From NCBI GenBank assembly GCA_015655195.1, contig JAATFM010000291.1, forward strand, positions 1 through 61,115: 61,115 bases of DNA, given 5' to 3'. Origin of the DNA: Terriglobales bacterium (GTDB taxonomy: Bacteria; Acidobacteriota; Terriglobia; Terriglobales; Acidobacteriaceae). The position numbers were made by a program, and so were the translations under genes. Positions 29,277 through 39,147 of the stretch are shown piece by piece. Numbering within the stretch: position 1 is the stretch's first letter; each line of letters starts with the position of its first letter. The notes under the pieces were generated by a model. It was not told the DNA's origin. It made no database searches and worked only from the letters and a program-made list of their open reading frames with translations.

Positions 29277-31178
29277 ATGTTCGATTTTTTTTCGGGTTTT
29301 CCAGCCGCCGGTTCCGTTACACCGTTTCCTGCTCTCCTGGCCTTCAACACGGAGCCATTGGCGCATCTCAGGCTGCTTGATATTGCTGTGATCGCCATTT
29401 ACTTCGGGATGGTGATCTGGATTGGGTTCTACCTGAAAGGGAAATCCAACACCAGCGAAGAGTTTTTCATGGCTGGCCGTGAGATGACGGCCTGGGTTGC
29501 GGGGCTGAGCTTTGTGTCGGCCAACATGGGCTCGCTGGAACTGATGGGCTGGGCCGGTTCCGCGTATCAGTACGGCATTCTGGCCACGCACTGGTACTGG
29601 ATAGGCGCGATTCCCGCCATGCTCTTTCTGGGCTTGGTGATGATGCCGTTCTACTACGTTTCGAAGACGCACTCGGTGCCGGGCTATCTCGACCTTCGCT
29701 ATGGCGGCGGGGCGCGCACCGTGGCGGCCCTCTCGTTTGCCATCGAGATGATTCTGATGAGCGGCGTGAACATGTTCGCCATGGCCGTGGTGATGAAGGT
29801 CGTTCTGGGCTGGGACATCACGTTCAGCATCTTTGTCTCGTCCATTGCGGTGGCGCTCTACGTGGGCCTCGGCGGATTGCGTTCGGCCATCTTCAATGAG
29901 GTGCTGCAGTTTGTGCTCATCTGGGGCGGCGCGCTGCTGGTGCCGATCCTCGGGCTCTACCAGGCGGGCGGAGTTACCGGACTGAAGACCCGCATTCTCA
30001 CGAACCTGCAGACGATGAGCGGCGTCAACCCCGACAGCTACCTCCACCTGTGGCGCGATACGGGCCACTTTGCCAGCAACCCCATGGGTGTGCACTGGAC
30101 GGGCATCGTGCTCGGCCTGGGCTTCGTCATCAGCTTCGGCTACTGGACTACGGACTTCCTTGTCGTGCAGCGCGTGCTGGCCGCGCACAACCTGCGCGCT
30201 GCGCGGATGGCTCCGATTATCGGCTCGTTCTTTAAGATGGCCGTGCCGTTCATCGTGATTCTGCCCGGCCTGCTGGGGTTGGTGCTGCTGCAGAACGCCG
30301 ACGGCAGCCGTCGCCAACTGGTGGGCGAGGACGTTGTTGCCGCCTGCACGCTCAACTCAGCCAGCCAGCCGGAGAATCCAGCCGCCTGTATTGCGGCCAT
30401 GCAGAAGACCAACCTCTCGCCCGAGTCGAAACAGAAGGTGCTGGCTGGCGGCGCGGATGCGGAACTGCACAGCTACAATCAAGCGCTGCCGCTGATGATG
30501 GTTCGCTACCTGGGCCCCGGCCTGCTCGGACTCGGCATTACCGCGCTCATTGCCGGCTTTATGAGCGGCATGGCAGGCAACGTGAGCGCCTTCTCCACGG
30601 TGTGGACCTACGACATCTACCAGCCGCTCATCAACAAGAAAGGCTCCGACAGCCATTACGTAATGGTGGGCCGGCTTGCGATTGTGGTCGGCGTGCTTGT
30701 CTCCATTGGCGCGGCCTATCTGGTGATGCACGCGCACGGCATCATGGATTACGTGCAGGCGCTGTTCTCGATCTTCATCGCGCCGCTGCTGGCCACTATC
30801 CTGCTGGGCATGTTCTGGACGAGGGCGACCAAACTGGCTGGCTTCCTGGGCCTGATGCTGGGCATCATCTTTTCGGCCGGCCTGTTTATGTGGGTCAAGC
30901 TCACGCCGTCGGCGCTGGCCACCGTGGCGCTTTCGCCCGATGCCAAGCCGATGGCCGAGAATGTCTTCCGCGCGCTGTGGGCGTTTGTCTTCGCCGCGGT
31001 TATCGTGGTGGTCGTCAGCCTGCTCACCAAGCCGCGGCCGGTGGCGGAGCTGAATGGACTGGTCTATGGCGCAACAGTCCTGCCCAAGGAAGAGCCGGTG
31101 CCGCTCTACAAGAACGAATGGGCCTGGGCTGTGCTGGTGGTTATCATCTTTGCGGTTCTGAACATTCTGTTCTGGTAA
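29277..31178 (+). CDS. Sodium:solute symporter (SSS), probably sugar
   Basis: EEFFMAGR, SANMGSLELMG, SVPGYLDLRYG, GGLRSAIFNE, YWTTDFLVVQRVLAA and TVWTYDIY; many TM helices. Confidence 0.92.
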   Translation: MFDFFSGFPAAGSVTPFPALLAFNTEPLAHLRLLDIAVIAIYFGMVIWIGFYLKGKSNTSEEFFMAGREMTAWVAGLSFVSANMGSLELMGWAGSAYQYGILATHWYWIGAIPAMLFLGLVMMPFYYVSKTHSVPGYLDLRYGGGARTVAALSFAIEMILMSGVNMFAMAVVMKVVLGWDITFSIFVSSIAVALYVGLGGLRSAIFNEVLQFVLIWGGALLVPILGLYQAGGVTGLKTRILTNLQTMSGVNPDSYLHLWRDTGHFASNPMGVHWTGIVLGLGFVISFGYWTTDFLVVQRVLAAHNLRAARMAPIIGSFFKMAVPFIVILPGLLGLVLLQNADGSRRQLVGEDVVAACTLNSASQPENPAACIAAMQKTNLSPESKQKVLAGGADAELHSYNQALPLMMVRYLGPGLLGLGITALIAGFMSGMAGNVSAFSTVWTYDIYQPLINKKGSDSHYVMVGRLAIVVGVLVSIGAAYLVMHAHGIMDYVQALFSIFIAPLLATILLGMFWTRATKLAGFLGLMLGIIFSAGLFMWVKLTPSALATVALSPDAKPMAENVFRALWAFVFAAVIVVVVSLLTKPRPVAELNGLVYGATVLPKEEPVPLYKNEWAWAVLVVIIFAVLNILFW

Positions 31179-31193
31179 AGGAAGGGACGAGAC

Positions 31194-31415
31194 ATGCACG
31201 GTTCAGGGATTCCCATCTGGTTTTTCATCGGAGTGTTGCTGTTCCTCTACGGAGTGATGGTCTTCGGCTACGGCTTGTATGAGCTGAGCACGGGACTCTA
31301 TCCGCAGGGAGTGCAGTTGACCAATCTGCACACGCCTATCTGGTGGGGTGGGTTACTGCTGCTGGTCGGCGTAATCTATCTGGTCAGATTTCGTCCTGGG
31401 CGGATTGCGAAGTAA
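31194..31415 (+). CDS. Small two-helix membrane protein coupled to the SSS gene
   Basis: Good RBS, hydrophobic IWFFIGVLL...IWWGGLLL, 15 bp after the SSS stop. Confidence 0.7.
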   Translation: MHGSGIPIWFFIGVLLFLYGVMVFGYGLYELSTGLYPQGVQLTNLHTPIWWGGLLLLVGVIYLVRFRPGRIAK

Positions 31416-31467
31416 GCGTGTTGCAAGCGGCCTTGTTGCTATAGGCGTGCAACGCTGAATGTGGCGC

Positions 31468-31603
31468 GGTAGCGGATCGGTTTGAGTTCGTTTTGTAACT
31501 TCGAATTCGTTTTGTAACAGGGCACGACTGGCAGGCCGGGATTCATCCCCGGCAGGCGAAACGGGAGAAAACTAACACCGGGCTTTAGCCCCCGCTTCGA
31601 ACT
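31468..31603 (+). mobile_element. MITE-like GGTAG-shell element, inverted homologue of 41196-41323 with an internal duplication
   Basis: GGTAGCGGATCGGTTTGAG-TTCGTTTTGTAAC (x2)-AGGGCACGACTGGCAGGCCGGGATTCATCCCCGGC...GGGCTTTAGCCC aligns with the reverse complement of 41196-41323; right end degenerate. Confidence 0.6.
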
Positions 31604-31621
31604 TTCAAGGAGTAAGCACTT

Positions 31622-33046
31622 ATGGTAGCGCAACGAACAATGACATTTGGAGTGGTAGTAGGGAACCGCGGCTTCTTTCCCGATCACCTGGCGAAGACGG
31701 GCCGCGAAGAGATTCTTGCGGTGCTGAAGGCCGCGGGCGCGAAGGCTGTTGTGCTCTCGCCGGAGCAGTCGAAGCATGGAGCTGTCGAAACCTATGAGGA
31801 GTCGAAGCGCTGCGCGGAGCTTTTCAAGCAGCATGCAGAAGAGATAGACGGCATCATCGTTACGCTGCCGAACTTCGGCGAAGAGCGCGGCATCGTGGAC
31901 GCGATTCGTTTGTCGGGGCTGAAGGTTCCGGTGCTGGTGCAGGCCACGCCTGATCGCTCCGACAATATGACGATTGCGGTACGCCGTGATTCGTTCTGCG
32001 GCAAGATGAGCGCATGTAACAACATGATGCAGTACGGCATCAACTACTCGCTTACCACGCTGCACACTGAGGCCGTGACTTCGCCGGAGTTCAAGGCGGA
32101 CCTCGAATGGTTCTCCGCCGTCTGTCGCATCGTGAAGGGCCTGAAGAATCTCAAGATCGGTTCCATTGGCGCACGCCCCGCGGCATTCAACACGGTGCGC
32201 TACTCGGAGCGCATTCTCGAAACCGCCGGCATCTCCGTCGATCCCATCGATCTCTCCGAAATCTTCGGCCGCATCGAGCGCTTGAAGGACAACGACGATC
32301 TGGCGCAGGCCAAGCTCGCCGCCATCAAGGGATACGTCTCGACCTCCGGCATTCCGGAAGAAGCGCTGCTCAAGATGGCGAAGCTCGGCGCGGTGATTGA
32401 AACGTGGATGAAGCAGACCAACTGCACCATCAGCGCCGTGCAGTGCTGGACCTCAATGGAGGAGTTCTTCGGCGTGGTGCCGTGCACGGTGATGAGCATG
32501 ATGAGCGAGAACCTGATTCCCTCGGCCTGCGAGGTCGATGTGCCGGGCACGCTCTCGATGTACATGCTGGCGCTGGCCAGCGGCACGCCCTCGGCGCTGC
32601 TGGACTGGAACAACAACTACGGCACGGACCCGAACAAGTGCGTCTGCTTCCACTGCTCGAACCTGCCCAAACACTTCTTCAAGGAAGTGAAGATGGACTT
32701 TCAGCAGATCATCGCCGGCACGGTAGGCAAGGAGCACACCTACGGCACCTGCGAGGGCATCGTAAAGGCCGGCGAGATGAGCTATGCCCGCTTCTCAACC
32801 GACGACCGCAGGGGCATCATCCGCGGCTACACCGGCAAGGGGCGATTCACCGACGATCCGCTGACCACCTTCGGCGGCGCCGGCGTGGCGGAGATTCCGC
32901 AGCTCCAGAAGTTGCTTAAATACATCTGCCGCGAAGGCTTCGAACACCACGTTGCCGCTAATTTCTCCGATGTCTCGAAAGCCATTCACGAGGCGGCTAC
33001 GACTTATCTTGGCTGGGAGAGCCACTACCACCCCGAGCTGGACTAA
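31622..33046 (+). CDS. L-fucose/L-arabinose isomerase family protein
   Basis: DGIIVTLPNFGEE, RRDSFCGKMS, AVQCW, ACEVD, CFHCSN and GFEHHVA. Confidence 0.85.
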   Translation: MVAQRTMTFGVVVGNRGFFPDHLAKTGREEILAVLKAAGAKAVVLSPEQSKHGAVETYEESKRCAELFKQHAEEIDGIIVTLPNFGEERGIVDAIRLSGLKVPVLVQATPDRSDNMTIAVRRDSFCGKMSACNNMMQYGINYSLTTLHTEAVTSPEFKADLEWFSAVCRIVKGLKNLKIGSIGARPAAFNTVRYSERILETAGISVDPIDLSEIFGRIERLKDNDDLAQAKLAAIKGYVSTSGIPEEALLKMAKLGAVIETWMKQTNCTISAVQCWTSMEEFFGVVPCTVMSMMSENLIPSACEVDVPGTLSMYMLALASGTPSALLDWNNNYGTDPNKCVCFHCSNLPKHFFKEVKMDFQQIIAGTVGKEHTYGTCEGIVKAGEMSYARFSTDDRRGIIRGYTGKGRFTDDPLTTFGGAGVAEIPQLQKLLKYICREGFEHHVAANFSDVSKAIHEAATTYLGWESHYHPELD

Positions 33047-33075
33047 AGCAGGAAGCAGGGAATAGGAAACGACGC

Positions 33076-34230
33076 ATGAGCAAACGAATTCGTAAAGCGC
33101 TTGTGGTGAGCGGCACGACTGTTGTGAGCGAGGCTGCATGGAACGCCGAACTCGATGCCAAGCATGAGCGGCTCGTCGAATTCCTGCGAGCGCAGAAGCT
33201 CGCAGGAATTCTGCTGCGCCGCAATGAAAACGTTGCGTGGATCACGGGCGGAGCGGTTGAGGTGCGCGTGGCAACTCCGGCGGAAACCGGCGTTGCCTCG
33301 CTGCTCGTTACTGCCGATGGCGGGCGCTACTATCTCACCACGGAGAACGAGGCTCCACGCTTGTACGACGAGGAGTTCGGCGCGTTGGACTTCGAGCCGG
33401 TTCTCTTTCCGTGGTATGCGGATGACACTGTTGCCACCGCGCAAAAGCTTGCAGGCGGTGCGTTAGGCACAGACACTCCCGTTGCGGGCCTTACGCAAGT
33501 CAATCTTTACCCGCTGCGCCAGTCGTTGAGCGAGACGGAACTGGCGCGCTATCGCTGGCTGGGAACGCAGACCGCAGACGCCACCGTCGAGTCGCTGCAC
33601 CAGGTTGAACCGGGGATGAACGAGTACGACCTCGAATCCATCACGGCGGGGAACCTGCTGCGCCGCGGCATCCTGCCTTCGGTCTCGCTCTACGCGGTCG
33701 ATGAGCGCATCTTCAAGTACAAGCACGCTGTGCCGCGCGGGGCGAGATTCAAGCACTACGGAATGCTGAATCTCTGCTCGCGCAAGTGGGGGCTGACAAT
33801 CTCGATTACGCGCTACCTCCACTTTGGCGAGCTGCCGGCTGAGCTTGCCGCGCTCTTCAAGGCCTCTGCGCAGGTGAATGCGGCTCTGCTCGATGCGACG
33901 CGCGTGGAAGCAACCTCGGCACAGTTGTTTCGAGTGGCGAAAGATGCTTATGTGGCGCAGGGATTTGTGGGCGAGGAGCAGCTTCATCATCAGGGCGGGG
34001 CTACGGGCTACGGAGAGCGCGAGTGGGTTGCTACGCCCGAGGGCGCGGAGACCGTTGTCAACAGTCAGGCTTTTGCGTGGAACCCGAGTATTCGCGGTAC
34101 CAAGGCTGAAGACACCGTGGTTCTGCGCGATGGCAAGATTGAGTGGCTCACGGCAACGCCGAGCCTGCCGGTGATTGAGGCGGTTGTGAATGGAACGAAG
34201 TATATTGCGGCGGGAGTGTTGGTGAAGTAG
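33076..34230 (+). CDS. M24 (pita-bread fold) peptidase-like protein with degenerate metal site
   Basis: Creatinase-like N-domain (NVAWITGG), HHQGGATGY, WNPSI and KAEDTV. Confidence 0.75.
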   Translation: MSKRIRKALVVSGTTVVSEAAWNAELDAKHERLVEFLRAQKLAGILLRRNENVAWITGGAVEVRVATPAETGVASLLVTADGGRYYLTTENEAPRLYDEEFGALDFEPVLFPWYADDTVATAQKLAGGALGTDTPVAGLTQVNLYPLRQSLSETELARYRWLGTQTADATVESLHQVEPGMNEYDLESITAGNLLRRGILPSVSLYAVDERIFKYKHAVPRGARFKHYGMLNLCSRKWGLTISITRYLHFGELPAELAALFKASAQVNAALLDATRVEATSAQLFRVAKDAYVAQGFVGEEQLHHQGGATGYGEREWVATPEGAETVVNSQAFAWNPSIRGTKAEDTVVLRDGKIEWLTATPSLPVIEAVVNGTKYIAAGVLVK

Positions 34231-34257
34231 GACAGGAAGAGCGAGTGGGAAAGGTTC

Positions 34258-34312
34258 GTGCTATCCCACCCTGGCGGCAAAACAAAGACGCCGCGAGGGT
34301 GGGGTACCCGGC
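34258..34312 (-). repeat. GGGTGCCCCA-type REP hairpin (no shell)
   Basis: Reverse complement GCCGGGTACCCCACCCTCGCGGCGTCTTTGTTTTGCCGCCAGGGTGGGATAGCAC is the same family as the cargo of 4438 and 5511. Confidence 0.8.
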
Positions 34313-34335
34313 TGTTGCTTTCTAATCCTTGCTGC

Positions 34336-35307
34336 CTATTCCTTCTTATTCCCTGCACTTATCGGTTCCAGCGCCACACGCGCTACTAGCACTACCAGTG
34401 CCGCCCATAGCAGGTCCGCGCCGAGCAGATGCGCTACTTGGAGCCACGTTGGAGCGAGCAGCGTTACATCGAGCACGCCGAGAATGTATTGCGCGGCGAG
34501 CAGTGTCAGCACCAGCGCGGAGAGGCCGCGATTATCCCAGTGCGGCGTCTTCTTTGCGGCGCGAAGCAGCAGCCAGATGAGGAAGACCGCGGAGAGAAAC
34601 GCAATCGTGGGATGCGTCCACCGCCAGCGCACCAGCCAGCCGCTTGTGGCGGAGAAGTCCTGAGCCAGCGCCGCGCTGAGCGAGCTTGCGGGAAAGAGCG
34701 TGTCGCCGAGCGCGGCGAGCGATCCAGTTACACCGACAACGAGCGTGATTACAACCGCGATTGTCGCGCCGATTGGCGCTGTGAGCCGGACAGTTTGTCG
34801 CGTGTAGCCGGATTTGCGGCCCAACAGGTGTGCCGTGAGTGTGAGCGCGGCCAGCAGCAGCAGCGTGTTTGTCAGGTGCAGGGCGAGATATGGTGCGCGA
34901 AGCGGCGACTGGCTTTGTGCGGTTAGTCCAAGTTTAACGAGCAATGCGCCGAGCACGGCTTCAATCAGTGTGAAAGCAACCGCCCAAACGGATGCGGCCC
35001 GCGCCAGATGGCCGCGAACCGTGCCTGCGAAGGTCCAGACCAGCAGCCCGACGGCGGAAAAGAACGAGAGGCCGCTCGTGATGCGGTGCGTGAACTCGAT
35101 GATTGTGTCGATGCGCGGCGAATGCTGCATCACGGTGCCGTTGCACAGCGGCCAGTGGTCGCCGCAGCCCGCGCCGGAGCCTGAGGCGCGCACCAGCGCG
35201 CCCCAGAGAATCACCGCGATGAAGTACGCCAGCACGCCCCACGCAAAACGCCGTAGTGCGGGTGAGGGGAGGCGTTGTGCGTGTATGGGAAGTGTCGCGG
35301 CAGACAT
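34336..35307 (-). CDS. ctaA: COX15/CtaA family heme A synthase-like protein
   Basis: GALVRASGSGAGCGDHWPLCNG, IEFTHR, EAVLGALLV and further conserved His residues. Confidence 0.8.
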   Translation of the reverse strand: MSAATLPIHAQRLPSPALRRFAWGVLAYFIAVILWGALVRASGSGAGCGDHWPLCNGTVMQHSPRIDTIIEFTHRITSGLSFFSAVGLLVWTFAGTVRGHLARAASVWAVAFTLIEAVLGALLVKLGLTAQSQSPLRAPYLALHLTNTLLLLAALTLTAHLLGRKSGYTRQTVRLTAPIGATIAVVITLVVGVTGSLAALGDTLFPASSLSAALAQDFSATSGWLVRWRWTHPTIAFLSAVFLIWLLLRAAKKTPHWDNRGLSALVLTLLAAQYILGVLDVTLLAPTWLQVAHLLGADLLWAALVVLVARVALEPISAGNKKE

Positions 35308-35349
35308 GCGGAAAGGCTCCAATCGGAACATTCCAGTGTAGAACAGTTG

Positions 35350-36546
35350 TCAGCTTTCGAGCAGCCGCACTACATGGTTCACAATCAGCAGGTCCTCGGC
35401 GGGCGGAATCACGCGAATCTCTACCGGCGAGCCCTCGGCGGAGATTGTTGCAGAACCGCGCACGTTGTTTCGCGCCGGGTCAAGCTGAATCCCTAGATGC
35501 TGCAGACCTGCACATATATCGATGCGCGTCTGCGTGTCGTTCTCGCCGATTCCGCCGGTAAAGACCAGCATGTCGAGCCCGCCCAGCACGGCATGATACG
35601 CGCCAATGAACTTGCGAATCACGTAGGTGAACTCCGCCACCGCCATGCCGCAGTGCGGACAGCCGCGGCTCAGGTGCTCGCGAATATCGCGCATGTCGTT
35701 GGACCGCCGGGAGACGCCGAGCAGGCCGGACTTCTTGGCTACGATCGTTTCGAGCTGATCGGCGGCCGCGTTTGTCGTCGGGTACTCGGCGGCAATATCG
35801 CGCAGGATGTAGAGCATCACGCCGGGATCGATGTCGCCGGTCCGCGTGCCGGAGATGATGCCGCCGGTTGGCGTCAGCCCCATGCTGGTGTCTACCGAAC
35901 GCCCGTCGCGGATGGCGGTGATGCTGGCGCCGTTGCCGAGGTGGCAGACGATCAGTCGCGATGGAAGCTCGCGGCCGAGCTGATAGACAATCGACTCGTA
36001 GCTGATGCCGTGCGCGCCGTAGCGCCGCACGCCCTGTTCCACGTATGACTCGGGAATGGCAAACCGCGCCGCCGCTTCGGGAATCGTGCTGTGAAATGCG
36101 CTGTCGAAGCAGACGAAATTCGGCACGCCGGGGAAGAGCCTTTCTGCCTGGCGCATGATGTAAATCGCAATCGGCGAGTGGAGCGGCGCAAATGCAACTC
36201 GCCGCTCCATCTCATCGAGCGCTTCCGGAGTAATGCGTTGATGCTGGAGGAGCTTCGGCCCGCCCGCGACCATGCGATGGCCGATGGCCACCGGATACGG
36301 AAACGGAGACTTGCTGACAGCGTCCGTCACCAGTTTGAAAGCCGCGTCGCGGTTCGGCACCGCAGGCGTTTCGTCGATTAGCTTTGTTCCGGCCGCATCC
36401 TTGATCCAGAACTTTCCCTGGTCGGTGCCGATGCCGTCCACAGCGCCTTCGAAGAGCTTGGTGCGCTCTCCGTCGGAAGCCTCGTACACCGAAAATTTAA
36501 TGGAAGAAGACCCGCTGTTTAAGACAAGAACCGGCAATGTCGGCAT
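35350..36546 (-). CDS. ackA: Acetate/propionate kinase
   Basis: LVLNSGSSSIKF, GHRMVAGG, FDSAFH, RRYGAHGISY, HLGNGAS, DTSMGLTP and VFTGGIGEN. Confidence 0.93.
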   Translation of the reverse strand: MPTLPVLVLNSGSSSIKFSVYEASDGERTKLFEGAVDGIGTDQGKFWIKDAAGTKLIDETPAVPNRDAAFKLVTDAVSKSPFPYPVAIGHRMVAGGPKLLQHQRITPEALDEMERRVAFAPLHSPIAIYIMRQAERLFPGVPNFVCFDSAFHSTIPEAAARFAIPESYVEQGVRRYGAHGISYESIVYQLGRELPSRLIVCHLGNGASITAIRDGRSVDTSMGLTPTGGIISGTRTGDIDPGVMLYILRDIAAEYPTTNAAADQLETIVAKKSGLLGVSRRSNDMRDIREHLSRGCPHCGMAVAEFTYVIRKFIGAYHAVLGGLDMLVFTGGIGENDTQTRIDICAGLQHLGIQLDPARNNVRGSATISAEGSPVEIRVIPPAEDLLIVNHVVRLLES

Positions 36547-36593
36547 GAAAAAGAGCCTCGCGCAAAAAGGATTGGCAGGGGGAGTACTCGCTT

Positions 36594-38993
36594 TTAGCGA
36601 TCCCCCGGCCAACGCCAGTCTTTCACCTCCGGCAGGTCGTCGCCGTGTTCTGCGACATACAACTTATGCCGCTGAATCTGCTCCGAATACCACTGCCGCG
36701 CCGCATCGGCCTGATCGGCCAGCCGCGGCGTGCGGATAATTGCGTCCAGGGCGAGCTGGAAGCGGTCAACGTTGTTCAGCACGCACATGTCGAAGGGCGT
36801 TGTCGTAGTGCCTTCTTCCTTGTAGCCGCGCACGTGGATGTTGTCGTGATTGTGCCGGCGATAGGTGAGCCGGTGGATCAGGTACGGATAGCCGTGGAAG
36901 GCGAAGATGACGGGCTTGTCCTTGGTAAAGATCGTGTCGAAGTCCTCGTCGCTGAGGCCGTGCGGGTGCTCGGACTGCGGCTGCAGCGCCATCAGATCGA
37001 CGACATTCACCACGCGGATTTTAATATCGGGAATCCGCTCGCGCAAAATCGTCGCAGCGGCCAGCGCTTCCATGGTGGGAACGTCGCCGCAGCAGGCCAG
37101 CACCACATCCGGCTCGCCCTTGTCCGAGGCCCACTCCCACACGCCCGCGCCCACGGTGCAGTGCTCGATGGCTTCATGCATCGAGAGCCACTGTGGCGCG
37201 GGCTGTTTGCCGGCCACGATGAGATTGATGTAGTGTCGGCTCTTGAGGCTGTGGTCGGCTACGGAGAGCAGCGTGTTGGCGTCGGGCGGCAGATAGATGC
37301 GAACCACGTCGGCCTTCTTGTTCATCAGATGGTCGATGAAGCCGGGGTCCTGGTGCGAGAAGCCGTTGTGATCCTGCCGCCATACCAGCGAACTGAGCAG
37401 ATAGTTGAGCGAAGCGATGGGCTTGCGCCAGGGGATTTCCCGTGTCGTTTTAAGCCACTTCGCGTGCTGGTTCACCATCGAGTCAATGATGTGGATGAAG
37501 GCTTCGTAGCAGGAGAAGAAGCCGTGGCGGCCTGTGAGCAGGTAGCCTTCGAGCCATCCCTGGCAGAGATGCTCGCTAAGCACTTCCATCACGCGGCCCG
37601 TCTGCGAAAGGTTTTCGTCTACCGGAAGCGTTTCGGCCATCCATGCCTTGCCCGTCACGGGAATCACGTCCTGAAGGCGGTTCGAGGCGGTTTCGTCGGG
37701 GCCAACGACGCGGAAGTTCTTCTGGTCGAGATTGGCCTGCATCACGGCTTCAAGAAACTTGCCGAGAATGCGTGTCGATTCCACATCCTTTTCGCCGCGC
37801 TTCTGAATCTTCACTTCAAACTCGCGGAAGTTCGGCATTTTGAGCGGCTTGAGCAGCAGTCCGCCGTTGGCGTGCGGATTCATTCCCATCCGCAGCCGGC
37901 CCATTGGCGCCAGAGAGGCGAACTCCTCGCGGAATGTGCCCTTTTCGTCGAACAATTCCTCGGGCTTGTAGCTCCGCATCCAGTCTTCGAGCAGCTTGAG
38001 GTGGTCGGGCTTCTCGCGCAGTTCGCTGAAAGGAACCTGGTGGGCGCGCCAGGTGTTTTCGACAGGCTTGCCGTCTACGAACTTGGGTCCGGTCCAGCCC
38101 TTGGGCGTGCGCATGATTAACATGGGCCAGCGTGGGCGTTCGGTTGAGCCTTCCTCGCGTGCCGCCTTCTGAATCGCCGCGATGCGGTCGAAGATTTCGT
38201 CGAAGATTGCAGCGGCCTTCTGGTGCATCTCTTCCGGCTCGTGGCCTTCGAGCGTGAACGGCTCGTAGCCGTAGCCGCGCATCAGGCTTTCGAGCTCCTC
38301 GTGCGGAATCCGCGAGAGAATCGTCGGGTTGGCAATCTTGTAGCCGTTCAAGTGCAGGATGGGAAGCACCGCACCGTCGGTGGCCGGATTGAGAAACTTA
38401 TTCGAGTGCCAGCTTGTGGCCAGCGGGCCGGTTTCGGCCTCGCCGTCGCCGACTACGCAGGCCACGATGAGGTCGGGATTGTCGAAAGCCGCGCCGTAGG
38501 CGTGCACCAGCGAGTAGCCCAGCTCGCCGCCCTCGTGAATCGATCCGGGCGTCTCCGGCGCCACGTGGCTCGGGATGCCGTAAGGCCAGCTGAACTGGCG
38601 GAAGAGCCGCTTGATGTCGTCGCTGTTGCGCTCGATGTGCGGATAGGTCTCCGTGTATGAGCCTTCGAGATAGGTGTTGGCAACGATCCCCGGCCCGCCG
38701 TGACCGGGGCCGATGATGTAAATCATGTCCAGATCGCGCTGTTTGATAATGCGGTTCCAGTGCAGGTAGAGAAAGTTGAGCCCGGGCGTGGTGCCCCAGT
38801 GGCCCAGCAGGCGCGGCTTTACGTCGTCGAGTGTCAGAGGCCGCTCCAGGAGCGGATTGTCCTTGAGATATATCTGCCCCACGGAGAGATAGTTCGCGGC
38901 GCGCCAGTAGGCGTTCATGCGGCGAAGCTCTTCGGCGGTCAGCGGGCCTCCGGTCGGGGAGGCGGCGGTTTCGGTTGCGGCTGTTGCGCTCAT
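36594..38993 (-). CDS. xfp: Xylulose-5-P/fructose-6-P phosphoketolase
   Basis: [52 protein letters not shown] and [11 protein letters not shown]. Confidence 0.97.
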   Translation of the reverse strand: MSATAATETAASPTGGPLTAEELRRMNAYWRAANYLSVGQIYLKDNPLLERPLTLDDVKPRLLGHWGTTPGLNFLYLHWNRIIKQRDLDMIYIIGPGHGGPGIVANTYLEGSYTETYPHIERNSDDIKRLFRQFSWPYGIPSHVAPETPGSIHEGGELGYSLVHAYGAAFDNPDLIVACVVGDGEAETGPLATSWHSNKFLNPATDGAVLPILHLNGYKIANPTILSRIPHEELESLMRGYGYEPFTLEGHEPEEMHQKAAAIFDEIFDRIAAIQKAAREEGSTERPRWPMLIMRTPKGWTGPKFVDGKPVENTWRAHQVPFSELREKPDHLKLLEDWMRSYKPEELFDEKGTFREEFASLAPMGRLRMGMNPHANGGLLLKPLKMPNFREFEVKIQKRGEKDVESTRILGKFLEAVMQANLDQKNFRVVGPDETASNRLQDVIPVTGKAWMAETLPVDENLSQTGRVMEVLSEHLCQGWLEGYLLTGRHGFFSCYEAFIHIIDSMVNQHAKWLKTTREIPWRKPIASLNYLLSSLVWRQDHNGFSHQDPGFIDHLMNKKADVVRIYLPPDANTLLSVADHSLKSRHYINLIVAGKQPAPQWLSMHEAIEHCTVGAGVWEWASDKGEPDVVLACCGDVPTMEALAAATILRERIPDIKIRVVNVVDLMALQPQSEHPHGLSDEDFDTIFTKDKPVIFAFHGYPYLIHRLTYRRHNHDNIHVRGYKEEGTTTTPFDMCVLNNVDRFQLALDAIIRTPRLADQADAARQWYSEQIQRHKLYVAEHGDDLPEVKDWRWPGDR

Positions 38994-39057
38994 AATTGAC
39001 CTCGCTGCGTAAAATGGCGTGCCAAACTAGCCTACACTCATTGGGGCTTGCCTGAGA

Positions 39058-39071
39058 GTGATGGATGTCAC
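39058..39071 (-). promoter_or_regulatory. CRP/FNR-family-like site upstream of xfp-ackA
   Basis: GTGA-TGGATG-TCAC centred about 30 bp upstream of minus-strand TAGGCT (39034-39029), i.e. class II geometry. Confidence 0.4.
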
Positions 39072-39147
39072 CTGCGTGCTAAAGGTGGCCCGGTCATCGC
39101 GTTAAGACAGGATTGCTCTGCGATCCGGCCGGTGCATCAACAACATG

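Noticed and set aside
31487-31518. TTCGTTTTGTAAC direct repeat as an operator for the isomerase
   Set aside because: Better explained as an internal duplication in the GGTAG-shell element homologous to 41196-41323.
39007-39026. sigma54 promoter for xfp (minus-strand TTGGCACG)
   Set aside because: No GC at the required GG-N10-GC spacing.
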